Below the pieces are notes generated by a model, which had not been told where the DNA came from, made no database searches, and worked only from the letters and a program-made list of their open reading frames with translations. DNA of 64,000 bases from Pirellulales bacterium (GTDB lineage Bacteria; Planctomycetota; Planctomycetia; Pirellulales; PALSA-1355), in assembly GCA_963733035.1 (NCBI GenBank), contig CAVTBU010000007.1, positions 448,001 through 512,000 on the forward strand, read 5' to 3'. Positions 33,916 to 43,194 of the stretch are shown piece by piece. The translations under genes were made by a program, and so were the position numbers. Position 1 is the first letter of the stretch, and every line of letters begins with the position of its first letter.

Positions 33916-35955
33916 ATGGCTCGCTGTACGCTCACGTTGTTCGTCGTTCTCTCGCTGCTCCTGCTGACCGGCGCTTCGGCCCAGGCCGAGTATCAATTCG
34001 TCCAGGAGTTCGGCTCCAGCGGCACTGGCCCCGGTCAATTTCAACTCGGCCCATCGGCCGTGGCCGTTGACAGCTCCGGAAACGTTTGGGCGACTAGTTA
34101 TTTTGGGCCTTATTTTGGGCTGGTCGAAGAATTCAGCGGCAGCGGGGTGTTCATTCAGCAATTCGGCTCAACTCACAGCGCGGAAGGTGCGATCGGTGAC
34201 GTGAACTCCATCGCGATTGATCATTCCGGCAACGTGTTTGTTGCCCAGTCGGGAGGCACCGCGCCCGTCATGGAGTTCAACAGCAGCGGGGATTTCATCA
34301 GGCAAATTGGGACCTGGGGCCCATTTGGAGCAGAAGCCACCGGAGATGGCGAGCTTTATCAATACGGTCCTAATGCGGTGGCAACCGACAGCTTGGGCAA
34401 TGTCTGGGTCGCCGATACCTATGACAACCGTATCGAGGAATTCAGTAGTACCGGGCAGTTCATCAGGCAGGTCGGTTCGCTCGGCAGCGGCGATGGGCAG
34501 TTGCACTATCCTACCGGCATCGCAGTTGACACTTCCGACAACGTCTGGGTCGCCGACACCAACAACGACCGGATCGAGGAGTTCAGCAGTAATGGGGCAT
34601 ACATTTCCCAGGTCAGCCTGGGTATTGCTGCACCCCAAAGCATCGCGATCGATGCGTCGGGCAACATTTTTGTCGCGCACTTTTCCCCTGTCCCGAACTC
34701 TTCCGTCGAAGAGTTCACCAGCAGCGAAGCCTTGATCACGCAGTTCGGGTCATCTGGCAAAGGGACTGGGCAAATAGAATCACCCCAGGGCATAGCCGTC
34801 GATGCCTTCGGCAACGTGTGGGTTGCCGATAGGGGTAACAACCGCATCGAAGAGTTCAGCCTCGTCGTCCCCGAGCCGTCGAGTTGGCTGCTGGCGGTGA
34901 TGGGATTGATGGTCTTCGCCGCATTCCGCTGCCGCCGTCTTCTGCCTGTCTTTCGGCAGCAACGCCTAAGGCCTCACTTCATGCCGTCGCGAATTCCCCG
35001 ATCCTTGATCGCACTGACAATTCTCGCGCTTGGTTTCGTGCTGACCGCCGCGCCGGCCCAGGCCGAGTATCAATTCGTCCAGGCCTTCGGCTCCTATGGC
35101 AGTGGAGACGGTCAACTCGCTCAACCATCCGGCCTGGCTGTGGATAGCGCCGGCAACGTCTGGGTCGCCGATACCAACAACAACCGCATCGACGAGTTCA
35201 GCAGCAGCGGCGCATACATCCAGCAGTTCGGTACGTACGGCACAGGGAACGGTCAATTCACGAGTCCGACTGGGATAGCGATCGACTCATCGGACAATAT
35301 CTGGGTTGCCGATGCCCCCCCCTTCACCAACCGCATCCAGGAATTTAGCAATACCGGGCAGTTCATCGGGCAGATCAGTTGTGGTGCTGACTTCGACCCC
35401 GCTAATTTGGCGCTCGATGGATCGGGCAATCTTTGGGCCTCGGGCGGTCTCTACAATTCTCAGAGTACTTCCTACGTCCTGGGGATTGAGGAATTCGACA
35501 GTGGGGGCTCACCTATTGCACAGTTCACAGCCGAACGCGGTGTCGACTTTGCATTCGACAGCTCCGGCAACATTTGGTTGGCCGGCGAGTTCTCAATTTA
35601 CGAGTATTCCCCCAGCGGAGTCTATCTCACGCAGATCAATGTTCAAGGGGTGCCAGCGGGCGGCATCGCGATTGATCACGCCGATAACATTTGGGTGACG
35701 ACAGTCTTGAACGGCGTCGAGGAGTACAACAGCAGCGGCGTCTATGTAACTCAGTTCGGCTCAAAAGGGAGCGGGAACGGTCAATTCCTGGCTCCGACTT
35801 GGATAGCGATCGATGCTTCAGGCAACCTCTGGGTTCTCGATACCCACCGCATCCAAGAGTTCAGCCTCGTCCCCGAGCCACCCACCATCGTCCTCAACAC
35901 GATCGGCGCCATCGGGCTATTGTTCTACGGGTTACGGCGAAAGCGATCGGCCTAG
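33916..35955 (+). CDS. NHL-repeat PEP-CTERM protein made of two complete tandem units (possibly two genes)
   Basis: Repeated GIAVDxSGNVWVADxxNNRIEEF; VPEPS-TM-RCRR at about 34867, a second signal peptide from ATG 34981, and a final VPEPP-TM-RRKR. Confidence 0.85.
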   Translation: MARCTLTLFVVLSLLLLTGASAQAEYQFVQEFGSSGTGPGQFQLGPSAVAVDSSGNVWATSYFGPYFGLVEEFSGSGVFIQQFGSTHSAEGAIGDVNSIAIDHSGNVFVAQSGGTAPVMEFNSSGDFIRQIGTWGPFGAEATGDGELYQYGPNAVATDSLGNVWVADTYDNRIEEFSSTGQFIRQVGSLGSGDGQLHYPTGIAVDTSDNVWVADTNNDRIEEFSSNGAYISQVSLGIAAPQSIAIDASGNIFVAHFSPVPNSSVEEFTSSEALITQFGSSGKGTGQIESPQGIAVDAFGNVWVADRGNNRIEEFSLVVPEPSSWLLAVMGLMVFAAFRCRRLLPVFRQQRLRPHFMPSRIPRSLIALTILALGFVLTAAPAQAEYQFVQAFGSYGSGDGQLAQPSGLAVDSAGNVWVADTNNNRIDEFSSSGAYIQQFGTYGTGNGQFTSPTGIAIDSSDNIWVADAPPFTNRIQEFSNTGQFIGQISCGADFDPANLALDGSGNLWASGGLYNSQSTSYVLGIEEFDSGGSPIAQFTAERGVDFAFDSSGNIWLAGEFSIYEYSPSGVYLTQINVQGVPAGGIAIDHADNIWVTTVLNGVEEYNSSGVYVTQFGSKGSGNGQFLAPTWIAIDASGNLWVLDTHRIQEFSLVPEPPTIVLNTIGAIGLLFYGLRRKRSA

Positions 35956-36002
35956 GCCACTCGGCGGTTGTCCTGATCGAAACGATTTCCTGTAAGTAGC
36001 CC

Positions 36003-37160
36003 CTAGCCGTCGTACGGCCGGCCGTACGGCGTCTCGCTGACTTCCCAGCCGCGCCGGTCGTCTCGCACGCGCATCACGGGCAGGTGCGTCTCGGCGACCA
36101 GCGGTTTTAGCAGCCGATCGAAGGGTTTCCCGTCGAGGTTCGAGCGCAGAATCGGCCACCGCTCACGCTCCCCTTGGCGGCAAGTGACGAGGTTCAACTC
36201 AGAGACGCGCTCCCCATCGCTCGTGCCGTCGGGCTTCAGCATCCGGGTCGTGATGTACTGCAAGTGTTCCACCTCGCGCGCATCGAAGGCGAGGCCGGAG
36301 CGCGGTAGCTCAACGCGGCCACTTGCGCGATCGTAAATGAACCACGGACCCAGCCGCTGCGCTTTGACGGTCTCCCACACCACCAGCAGCGTGAATCCTC
36401 CGCAGGTCAACAGTCCCATGCCCAGCGGCAGGCCGTATACCAGCCAAGGCCCCGCGTCGCCCGTGGCCTTGTTTTTCATCAGCCAGTGGAAACCGTAAAA
36501 GAACCCGGCGATGAGCAGGTTGATCACGATGATTTGCAACACCGGCAGCCGCGCCGGATCGATGCGATAGACCCACTCGTCGAGATAGGCCGTTGTCGTT
36601 TGCAGGTTGGAGTATGAGCCCTCGCCGATGACGAACTTCGCCGGGTCCAGCGTTCCCTCGGCCAGCGCGGCGCTGGCCTCCGCGACGCGCCGCCGACGCG
36701 AGCGGATGACCGCGCGACCAACAAGCACCACGGCCACGGGCGGCACGATGCCGATGGCCAACACCACCCACCGCATCCAGAAATGCCCGCCCCGATCGAA
36801 CCGGGGGATGAGCCAGTCGCCGTCGAACTGGTATGCCTCGAGCGCCGTGCCCAGAACCAACCCCTCGCGCGAAGACGTGCTGCGATACGCTTCCAGCGGT
36901 TTCGAGGACGGATAGCTTGAATTCAAGCCGATGTCCCAACCGATCAAGTCTTCCGACGGATCGCGCTCGATCCACGTCACATAGAGCGTCCGCGGCGCGA
37001 CCTTGCCCGCGTCGATCAGCGCCCGTCGCCGCTGATACTCGTAGCCCGACCGTGTCGTCAGCACAAAGCCGTACATGCTGAACCCAATCCACAGCACGGC
37101 GAAGGGCAGAAACGCCCAAATCAACATCTCTGGTCGACTGGCGTTTGGTTTGGACGGCAT
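36003..37160 (-). CDS. hypothetical membrane protein (about 4 TM)
   Basis: Two TM pairs separated by soluble segments. Confidence 0.7.
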   Translation of the reverse strand: MPSKPNASRPEMLIWAFLPFAVLWIGFSMYGFVLTTRSGYEYQRRRALIDAGKVAPRTLYVTWIERDPSEDLIGWDIGLNSSYPSSKPLEAYRSTSSREGLVLGTALEAYQFDGDWLIPRFDRGGHFWMRWVVLAIGIVPPVAVVLVGRAVIRSRRRRVAEASAALAEGTLDPAKFVIGEGSYSNLQTTTAYLDEWVYRIDPARLPVLQIIVINLLIAGFFYGFHWLMKNKATGDAGPWLVYGLPLGMGLLTCGGFTLLVVWETVKAQRLGPWFIYDRASGRVELPRSGLAFDAREVEHLQYITTRMLKPDGTSDGERVSELNLVTCRQGERERWPILRSNLDGKPFDRLLKPLVAETHLPVMRVRDDRRGWEVSETPYGRPYDG

Positions 37161-37323
37161 CGGTCGGTGGCCCCATCGTCGTCGATCCGCGGACGCGTCA
37201 CGGCCTTTCGCCGCGTCCCAACTCCATCCTAGTCGATGGCGCACACGGGAATCGAGTCATGTGGAGGAAACCGGACATCAGGTCGAAGCGGTTTTCTGCC
37301 TCTCAGCGGGAACAAAAGATCGG

Positions 37324-38532
37324 CTAGTCGAGCACCCGCGCCAAATCCTCGCACAAGTCCGCCGCGTCTTCCAGTCCGACCGACATGCGAAAGATGCCCT
37401 CTCCGGCAAACGCCTGGTAGCCGGCAAGCTGTGCGCCGGACAGTCGAAAGGATGTCTCCATCAGGCCGGCCGTATCAAGCCAATAAATCAAGCTGCGATG
37501 ATGGCCCAGCGACACCGCGTAGTGAATCACCTGCAACTGTTTGGCCATCCGCCTCGCCAGCGCCGGACCATCGGACACCTGAAACGTGAGCATGCCCGAA
37601 AAATTCCGCATTTGCCGCCGCGCCAACTCGTGCTGCGGGTGCGAGGCCAGGCCGGGATAGATGACGCGGGTGACGCGCCAATGCGCTTCGAGAAAGCGGG
37701 CCACTTCGAGCGCGTTTTCCTCGTGCACCCGCATGCGCACCGGCAAGGTCGCGGCGCCGCGAAGGATGAGCCACGCATTGAACGGGGAGAGCACTCCGCC
37801 GTAGTGGATGCCGGCCTCCAAGCGCAGGGCCGCGATATCCTGCTTCGATCCTAACACCGCTCCGCCGAGGGCATCGCCATGGCCGCCAATATACTTGGTC
37901 AGCGAATGCATCACGTAGTCGACGCCCAACTCGAGCGGACGCGTGGCAACCGGTGTGGCAAACGTCGAGTCGACCGCAACCTTGATGCCGTCCTGCGAAC
38001 GCACCACGTCCACCACGGCCGCCAGGTCCGTCAAGCGCAGGATGGGATTGGCCGGCGACTCCAGCCACACCAGCTTCGTATTGGGCCGCATCGCCCCCTT
38101 CACGCCGGCCGGCTGCGACGTATCAACCAGCGAAACGTCGACCCCCATGCGCGGCAGCGTATCGCGCCCCACTTCCGCCACCCCGGCGTAATTCGTGTCG
38201 GTGAGAATCACGTGATCGCCCTGCGATAAGAGCGAGAACAGCACGCCGCAGGTCGCGGCCATGCCCGAGCCAAAACACAGACACGCCTCGGCCCCCTCCA
38301 GGGCACACAGCTTGCGCTCGAGTTGGCTTACGGTCGGGTTCGACCAGCGGCTGTAGAGATAACCGGAACTCTCGTCCAAGTCGTGGGCTGAAAAACCCGC
38401 CACGTCATCGGTAACAAACGTGGTCGACATCACCAGGTTGGGAGCCGACGCGCCGGTAACGGGGTCGGGATACTCGCCGGCGTGCACGGCCGTCGTGCGC
38501 AGTCCACGCGTTGGTCGCGACGGGTGAGTCAT
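37324..38532 (-). CDS. Cys/Met metabolism PLP-dependent enzyme (methionine gamma-lyase/cystathionine gamma-synthase family)
   Basis: YSRWSNPT, SGMAA, ESPANP, DSTFATP, HSLTKYIGGHGD, SVGLED. Confidence 0.93.
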   Translation of the reverse strand: MTHPSRPTRGLRTTAVHAGEYPDPVTGASAPNLVMSTTFVTDDVAGFSAHDLDESSGYLYSRWSNPTVSQLERKLCALEGAEACLCFGSGMAATCGVLFSLLSQGDHVILTDTNYAGVAEVGRDTLPRMGVDVSLVDTSQPAGVKGAMRPNTKLVWLESPANPILRLTDLAAVVDVVRSQDGIKVAVDSTFATPVATRPLELGVDYVMHSLTKYIGGHGDALGGAVLGSKQDIAALRLEAGIHYGGVLSPFNAWLILRGAATLPVRMRVHEENALEVARFLEAHWRVTRVIYPGLASHPQHELARRQMRNFSGMLTFQVSDGPALARRMAKQLQVIHYAVSLGHHRSLIYWLDTAGLMETSFRLSGAQLAGYQAFAGEGIFRMSVGLEDAADLCEDLARVLD

Positions 38533-38862
38533 GAGTCGTTGCTCCTGGAACGTTCGCCGTGCGCCAGCGCCCAGCGCGTGCTGGCGCCCTGCCGCTGGAT
38601 AGTTTTAGTAAACTTTGCGATCGCTCGCCAGCGGCCGCGAAAACGAGCATCCTTGATCGCTGGTTCTTCACCTGCGCGGAACGCCGAGCCGAACGTGTGT
38701 TGATCAGGCCACGGCCTGACAGATTCCCGCGACCGACCTACCGCGGGTGGCACCCAAGACTCGTTGTCGGTGTTGGTGTTGCGAAACAATGGGAGCGATC
38801 GTCCGCGGTCAGCCGGCGATGATTCGAGAATCAGCCGGCACCGCCCTCTGTCATTAAGACTA

Positions 38863-40167
38863 TTACTTTACCCGCTTCAAGGTAAATGAAGTTTCCCCTG
38901 AACCTCTCTTGATATCGAACGAAGTCGGCCTTTGCCACGCGCCACGCCGGGGAAAACATATTCGCAAAGAATCTCCCTTTAGCTCGTAGATGGCCGACGC
39001 GGTTTCTTCCTGCAATTCGTGGACCAGCGCAGTGGTCCGCTCTTTCTGCGGTGCGAATCTGGGTGTTTGCACGAGGTCGATTGCTGACGGCTCTTGTTGA
39101 CGCGCCGGCCGAACGCGAAACTCATCTTCTTTCTTCCCGTTTGGGCCGATCCATTCCAGCATCTCCTCGTGGAAGACAAACCGAAAACCTTTGATCTTTG
39201 CTTCGGGTACTTGCTCCCCGTTATCTGTGGCTTCGACTACTTCCCACGTACCGTTCAGCCTGGCCAATTCGTCTTTCGCCCGACCGCTAGTCTCGCGCTG
39301 GGGGGATGCCTCATTCGCAGGCTTGCCTAGAGTCTGGGACCCGGCGTGGTCGGATTGATTGGTGCCGCTCCGCGGCTGTCCCCCATTCTGTTTGTTCGTA
39401 AAGAGCTTAGTCTGACTCCATATTCTCTCATACGGTACACCACCTAAGGCTCCTTCCTCCGGTTCTATTGGCCAAAGCTCGTCGAAGTACCCGGTGTTAA
39501 CCGCCAAATGCTGCTTGTTTGTGTCATACCACCGCATGGCGCTCGTGACGAAATCGGCATTGTCTTTGCCAGTGATTCCAACGCCGCCGAAAGCCCGGCG
39601 GACTGCGGCCGCAATGTCATGGCGTACGTCGGGAACCGGGCACTTCGTATACGCCTCTCCGAGAATCAGAATGGGATCGTCGAGCCGTCCTTGTTGCGCC
39701 AGATAATACTCAATGGGCCAATTGCCAACGCGTAGCGGAAATCGCGCCGAGAGCAAGGCGACAAGGCTTTCGCGGTCCCGCGAGTACACGAGCACGTCAA
39801 GCATGAATTCAACCATTGCTCGGTCGAAGTTGCTCCAATCCCTCCAGTGCGTCGGCAGCGTCCCGCACGACGCGACCAAATGCCGCACATCGCTATCGGA
39901 AAGGCTCTTTCTCAAAAGGTCGCCTTGCATCCTTACAAGTTCTCGATGCGCGTCGAACTTGGCGACTGAAATCTTCGCTGGTGTCTTTGCAAAGGTATCC
40001 CGCAACGAATCCCATTCTCTCTTGATTTCGAGCATCTTGGGCGAATCCCAGGTGATGTGCGATTTTCGTGTCTTGGATGGATTCTCCCCACACCCTGACT
40101 GAATCGGTAGCGCAACCGCGACCAGAACCGCGTGAAACGAAACCAGCTGACGAAACGAAACGTTCAT
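38863..40167 (-). CDS. probable lipoprotein with C-terminal TIGR03067 domain
   Basis: Lipobox-like SGC; ELARLNGTWEVV...IDL...IYELKGDSLRICF...RPTSF...LKR. Confidence 0.8.
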   Translation of the reverse strand: MNVSFRQLVSFHAVLVAVALPIQSGCGENPSKTRKSHITWDSPKMLEIKREWDSLRDTFAKTPAKISVAKFDAHRELVRMQGDLLRKSLSDSDVRHLVASCGTLPTHWRDWSNFDRAMVEFMLDVLVYSRDRESLVALLSARFPLRVGNWPIEYYLAQQGRLDDPILILGEAYTKCPVPDVRHDIAAAVRRAFGGVGITGKDNADFVTSAMRWYDTNKQHLAVNTGYFDELWPIEPEEGALGGVPYERIWSQTKLFTNKQNGGQPRSGTNQSDHAGSQTLGKPANEASPQRETSGRAKDELARLNGTWEVVEATDNGEQVPEAKIKGFRFVFHEEMLEWIGPNGKKEDEFRVRPARQQEPSAIDLVQTPRFAPQKERTTALVHELQEETASAIYELKGDSLRICFPRRGAWQRPTSFDIKRGSGETSFTLKRVK

Positions 40168-40323
40168 TGGTTCGTCCTCGGCCGCGGCAAATTGAGCAAG
40201 CGTGTCTCAACCTTCGCATCGACTCGTAGCCACGCTCATGTTCGCTCGTTGTCCCCTTACCCCGCATTATAACGGCCCCGGGAGTTTTACGGGCGGATAA
40301 ACGAAAGCGCAGACGACCTTGGC

Positions 40324-40510
40324 TCAGCGAGTGCCAAGGGAATCGCAAAACGTTTTCACCGCAGCCATCGCCTCGACGGGGTGGGTCTGCAAAACCAAGT
40401 GTGGACCGGATACGGCTTCGAGACGCACGTCAGGTCGAATTTCAGAGATCCGTCGCCAAGAACGAGGCGATACCAAGCGGTTGGCGGTGTTGCGAAGCAA
40501 TGGGAGCCAT
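40324..40510 (-). pseudogene. C-terminal remnant of an alpha/beta hydrolase
   Basis: NRLVSPRSWRRISEIRPDVRLEAVSGPHLVLQTHPVEAMAAVKTF resembles the acid/His end of the fold; no N-terminal half is visible. Confidence 0.4.
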
Positions 40511-40613
40511 CGTCCGCACGATCCCCTCTCATGCAGGCGCAAGACGGCAATCCTTGCCCCTCCTGGCCCCGCGGCAGCCGGACAACAAAGTTGACCGGGC
40601 CGCCCTGCGCAGA

Positions 40614-40806
40614 GTAGTAGGCTCACGCCGTGAGCCGTTCGGGCGGCACTGCTCGTTGCCTCGCGACCTGCTGTGGTCGGTCGAACCAGTACGGCGTCCC
40701 AGCTTGTCCGCTGCTGACTGATTGACACCCGAGCCTCTCTGCCAACCGGACGCGATCGGTTGCGTCCAACGTGCTGCCGCGACGGCTCACGGCGTGAGCC
40801 TGCTAC
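40614..40806. repeat. inverted GTAG-type REP pair, family 3
   Basis: GTAGTAGGCTCACGCCGTGAGCCGT at 40614-40638; reverse complement with 1 mismatch at 40782-40806. Confidence 0.85.
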
Positions 40807-41130
40807 TTTGACGCAAGCGAACCCGAGGAATGGAGCCTGATCGAAGATGTATTTGAATTCGGGCCAGCACTTCGGCTAGCTTACGGTTGGGAGATTTCAG
40901 ACTCGGGCGATGGAGGTTTTTTTGATGGTCAAACGAGGGCAAATGCAGGATTTGGGGAGGTGAATTGTTCGGTTTTTCGGCCTCCCTTAGGAATGAAAAG
41001 TTTCACAAAAAGTGCAGCGCGAAAATCGAGCCACTTGAAAATCTTCGAAATTCCAAATCGGGCCACAACACGCGCGGATTGTTCCGTGTTGGCGGTCAAG
41101 CGGCGGGCGGTCGCGCAGGACGAATTCGGC

Positions 41131-41688
41131 TCAGCCCGGCACCTGCCAATGCTTGATGGCATCGATGGGCCACAGGAGCATCAGCACGTTGAGCGTCAGG
41201 TTGTCGCGAGCGATGGCCAGTGCGGCCAGTTCGAAGGCCACGAACACCGCGGCCGCCGCTTTCCAACTGATGCGGCTGGCCAGGGCGAAACCGGCCAGCG
41301 CCGCCGCGACGTCGGTGAGCGAGTTGAGGATGCTGTCGCCCGTGTAATCGAGGCTGGCGGTGGTCTGCCGGTAACGGTCGATGATCCAGGGGGAGTTCTC
41401 GACGAGTTCCCAAAACACTTCCACGCCCAGCGCCGCAACCAGCCGCCACGCCAGCGGCCACTGCGGCACGAGCAGACGGAGGGCCCAATAGAAGATCACG
41501 CCATGCAACACATGCGAAAGCGTGTACGGATCGAACAGGTTCTGCGAAGTGCAATGACTCCAAGCCGGGCTCCAAACGCTAAACCCATACTTGCACCAGC
41601 CAACGCGGCCTTCCAGGTAAAGCACGACGCCGCACAGCGCAAACAAGGCCACGACGATCGGCAAACTGCGACGAGAGAACAAAGGCAT
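41131..41688 (-). CDS. DUF2585 family membrane protein
   Basis: TSQNLFDPYTLSHVLHG, WELVENSPWIIDRYR, YTGDSILNS, RDNLTLNV. Confidence 0.9.
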   Translation of the reverse strand: MPLFSRRSLPIVVALFALCGVVLYLEGRVGWCKYGFSVWSPAWSHCTSQNLFDPYTLSHVLHGVIFYWALRLLVPQWPLAWRLVAALGVEVFWELVENSPWIIDRYRQTTASLDYTGDSILNSLTDVAAALAGFALASRISWKAAAAVFVAFELAALAIARDNLTLNVLMLLWPIDAIKHWQVPG

Positions 41689-41808
41689 GGCGAACGAATG
41701 AACGCGGAACGCGGAACAATGAAAACGACACAAGGCACGTCGCGCGGCGAACCGCCGACCACTTTCATGCCATCAGGCACGCTTGCCGACACTTTGCCCA
41801 GCGAGGCC

Positions 41809-43053
41809 CTACTTCGCCGAGACGTCGTAACACCACAGGCTGCCCAGATCGCGGACGTAAAGCTTGCCGTCCGCCAGCACCGGGTAGGCCCAGGCTTTCG
41901 CTCGCCCCCGGTCGGGTTGGTCAGGAAGCGTGAAGCGGCCTTTCTCGCGATACTCGTCGGGCGTGATTTCGACCAGCGCCATTTCGCCCGTATCGCCTTT
42001 GACGTACAGCCTGCCGTCTACGGCCAACACCGAAGCGCTGCCCACGCTTCGATTCTGCCACTTCACGTCGCCGGTGGCGAATTCGACGCACATCAAGCTT
42101 TCGCCGTTCGTGCCATAGAGGTAACCGCCAACTTCGACCGAACCGCCGATGCTCGAGGGCATTTTGGGTTCGAAGTAAACCTGCTCGGCGTCAACCGTTT
42201 TGCCATCGACGTTCAACTTCACCAGGCCGCCGCCGCTGCGTCCGGCCGCGCTATAGACCAACTGATCGTTGGCCACCGGAGTGGGAATGTTGGCGGGGCT
42301 CCCCTGGGCCGTGCGGTCGTAGCGCCACAGCAACTTGCCGGTATCCGCATCGACTCCGACCAGGCCTTTGGCCAGGAATTGCACGTATTGCTTCAGCCCG
42401 CCGGAGTTCACGACGATGATCGACGCGTAACCGGCTTCGTCGGCCTCGGGCGTGGCACACTTCCAAATGGCCTCGCCGTTCTTCTTGTCGAGGGCCACGA
42501 TCGTGGCGTCGGCTCCGCCGGGGGTGACAACCAGCTTCTCACCGTCGACCAGTGGCGACTCGGCGTAGGCCCATTTGCCGGGCTTGCCGTCGAAATCGCT
42601 ACGGAGATTCTTGGTCCACTTGATGTCGCCGCTGTCGGTATCGAGGCAAGCCAAATCGCCGTCCGAACCGAGAACATACAGCACGTTGCCGTCAACGGTC
42701 GGCGTGCTTCGTGCGCCAGGATATTGCGGTCCCTGGTTCGGGCCAACCTTGCCGATCGTGGTGCTCCACACTTGTTTCGCGTCGGCCGCGTTCAGACATT
42801 GCACGTATTCGTTGTCCATTCCCTCGTTGCTGATCACAAACAGGCGATCGCCGACGACTGCCGGCGTGGAATAGCCGTCGCCGATGTCCTTTGCGTGCCA
42901 CACGAGCGGTGGCCCGTCCTTGGGCCATTCGGCCAGCAGACCGGTTTCAGCCGAAATGCCGTCGCGATGCGGACCGCGCCACTGCGGCCAATCGGCCCCG
43001 TATGCCGCCACGCAAACCAGCCCGACGACGACCGCCATCAATCGCGATTTCAT
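41809..43053 (-). CDS. secreted PQQ-like beta-propeller repeat protein
   Basis: ADWPQWRGPHRDG, GYSTPAV, PVLADGKLYVRD. Confidence 0.9.
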   Translation of the reverse strand: MKSRLMAVVVGLVCVAAYGADWPQWRGPHRDGISAETGLLAEWPKDGPPLVWHAKDIGDGYSTPAVVGDRLFVISNEGMDNEYVQCLNAADAKQVWSTTIGKVGPNQGPQYPGARSTPTVDGNVLYVLGSDGDLACLDTDSGDIKWTKNLRSDFDGKPGKWAYAESPLVDGEKLVVTPGGADATIVALDKKNGEAIWKCATPEADEAGYASIIVVNSGGLKQYVQFLAKGLVGVDADTGKLLWRYDRTAQGSPANIPTPVANDQLVYSAAGRSGGGLVKLNVDGKTVDAEQVYFEPKMPSSIGGSVEVGGYLYGTNGESLMCVEFATGDVKWQNRSVGSASVLAVDGRLYVKGDTGEMALVEITPDEYREKGRFTLPDQPDRGRAKAWAYPVLADGKLYVRDLGSLWCYDVSAK

Positions 43054-43194
43054 TTTGCATCTCCTAGGCAAAACCGGTGCTTCCAATGCGGTCTTTATAG
43101 GAGGAGACGCGAAAACACGCAACTATTTGGCAGGATGCGAGATGAAGACTCGCGCAAGCACGCGGCGCATTGGCTTTGCCGGTGGCGACTTCCG

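Noticed and set aside
38533..38860. SAM riboswitch upstream of the Cys/Met lyase
   Set aside because: No SAM-I/II consensus could be read; only GC-rich hairpins.
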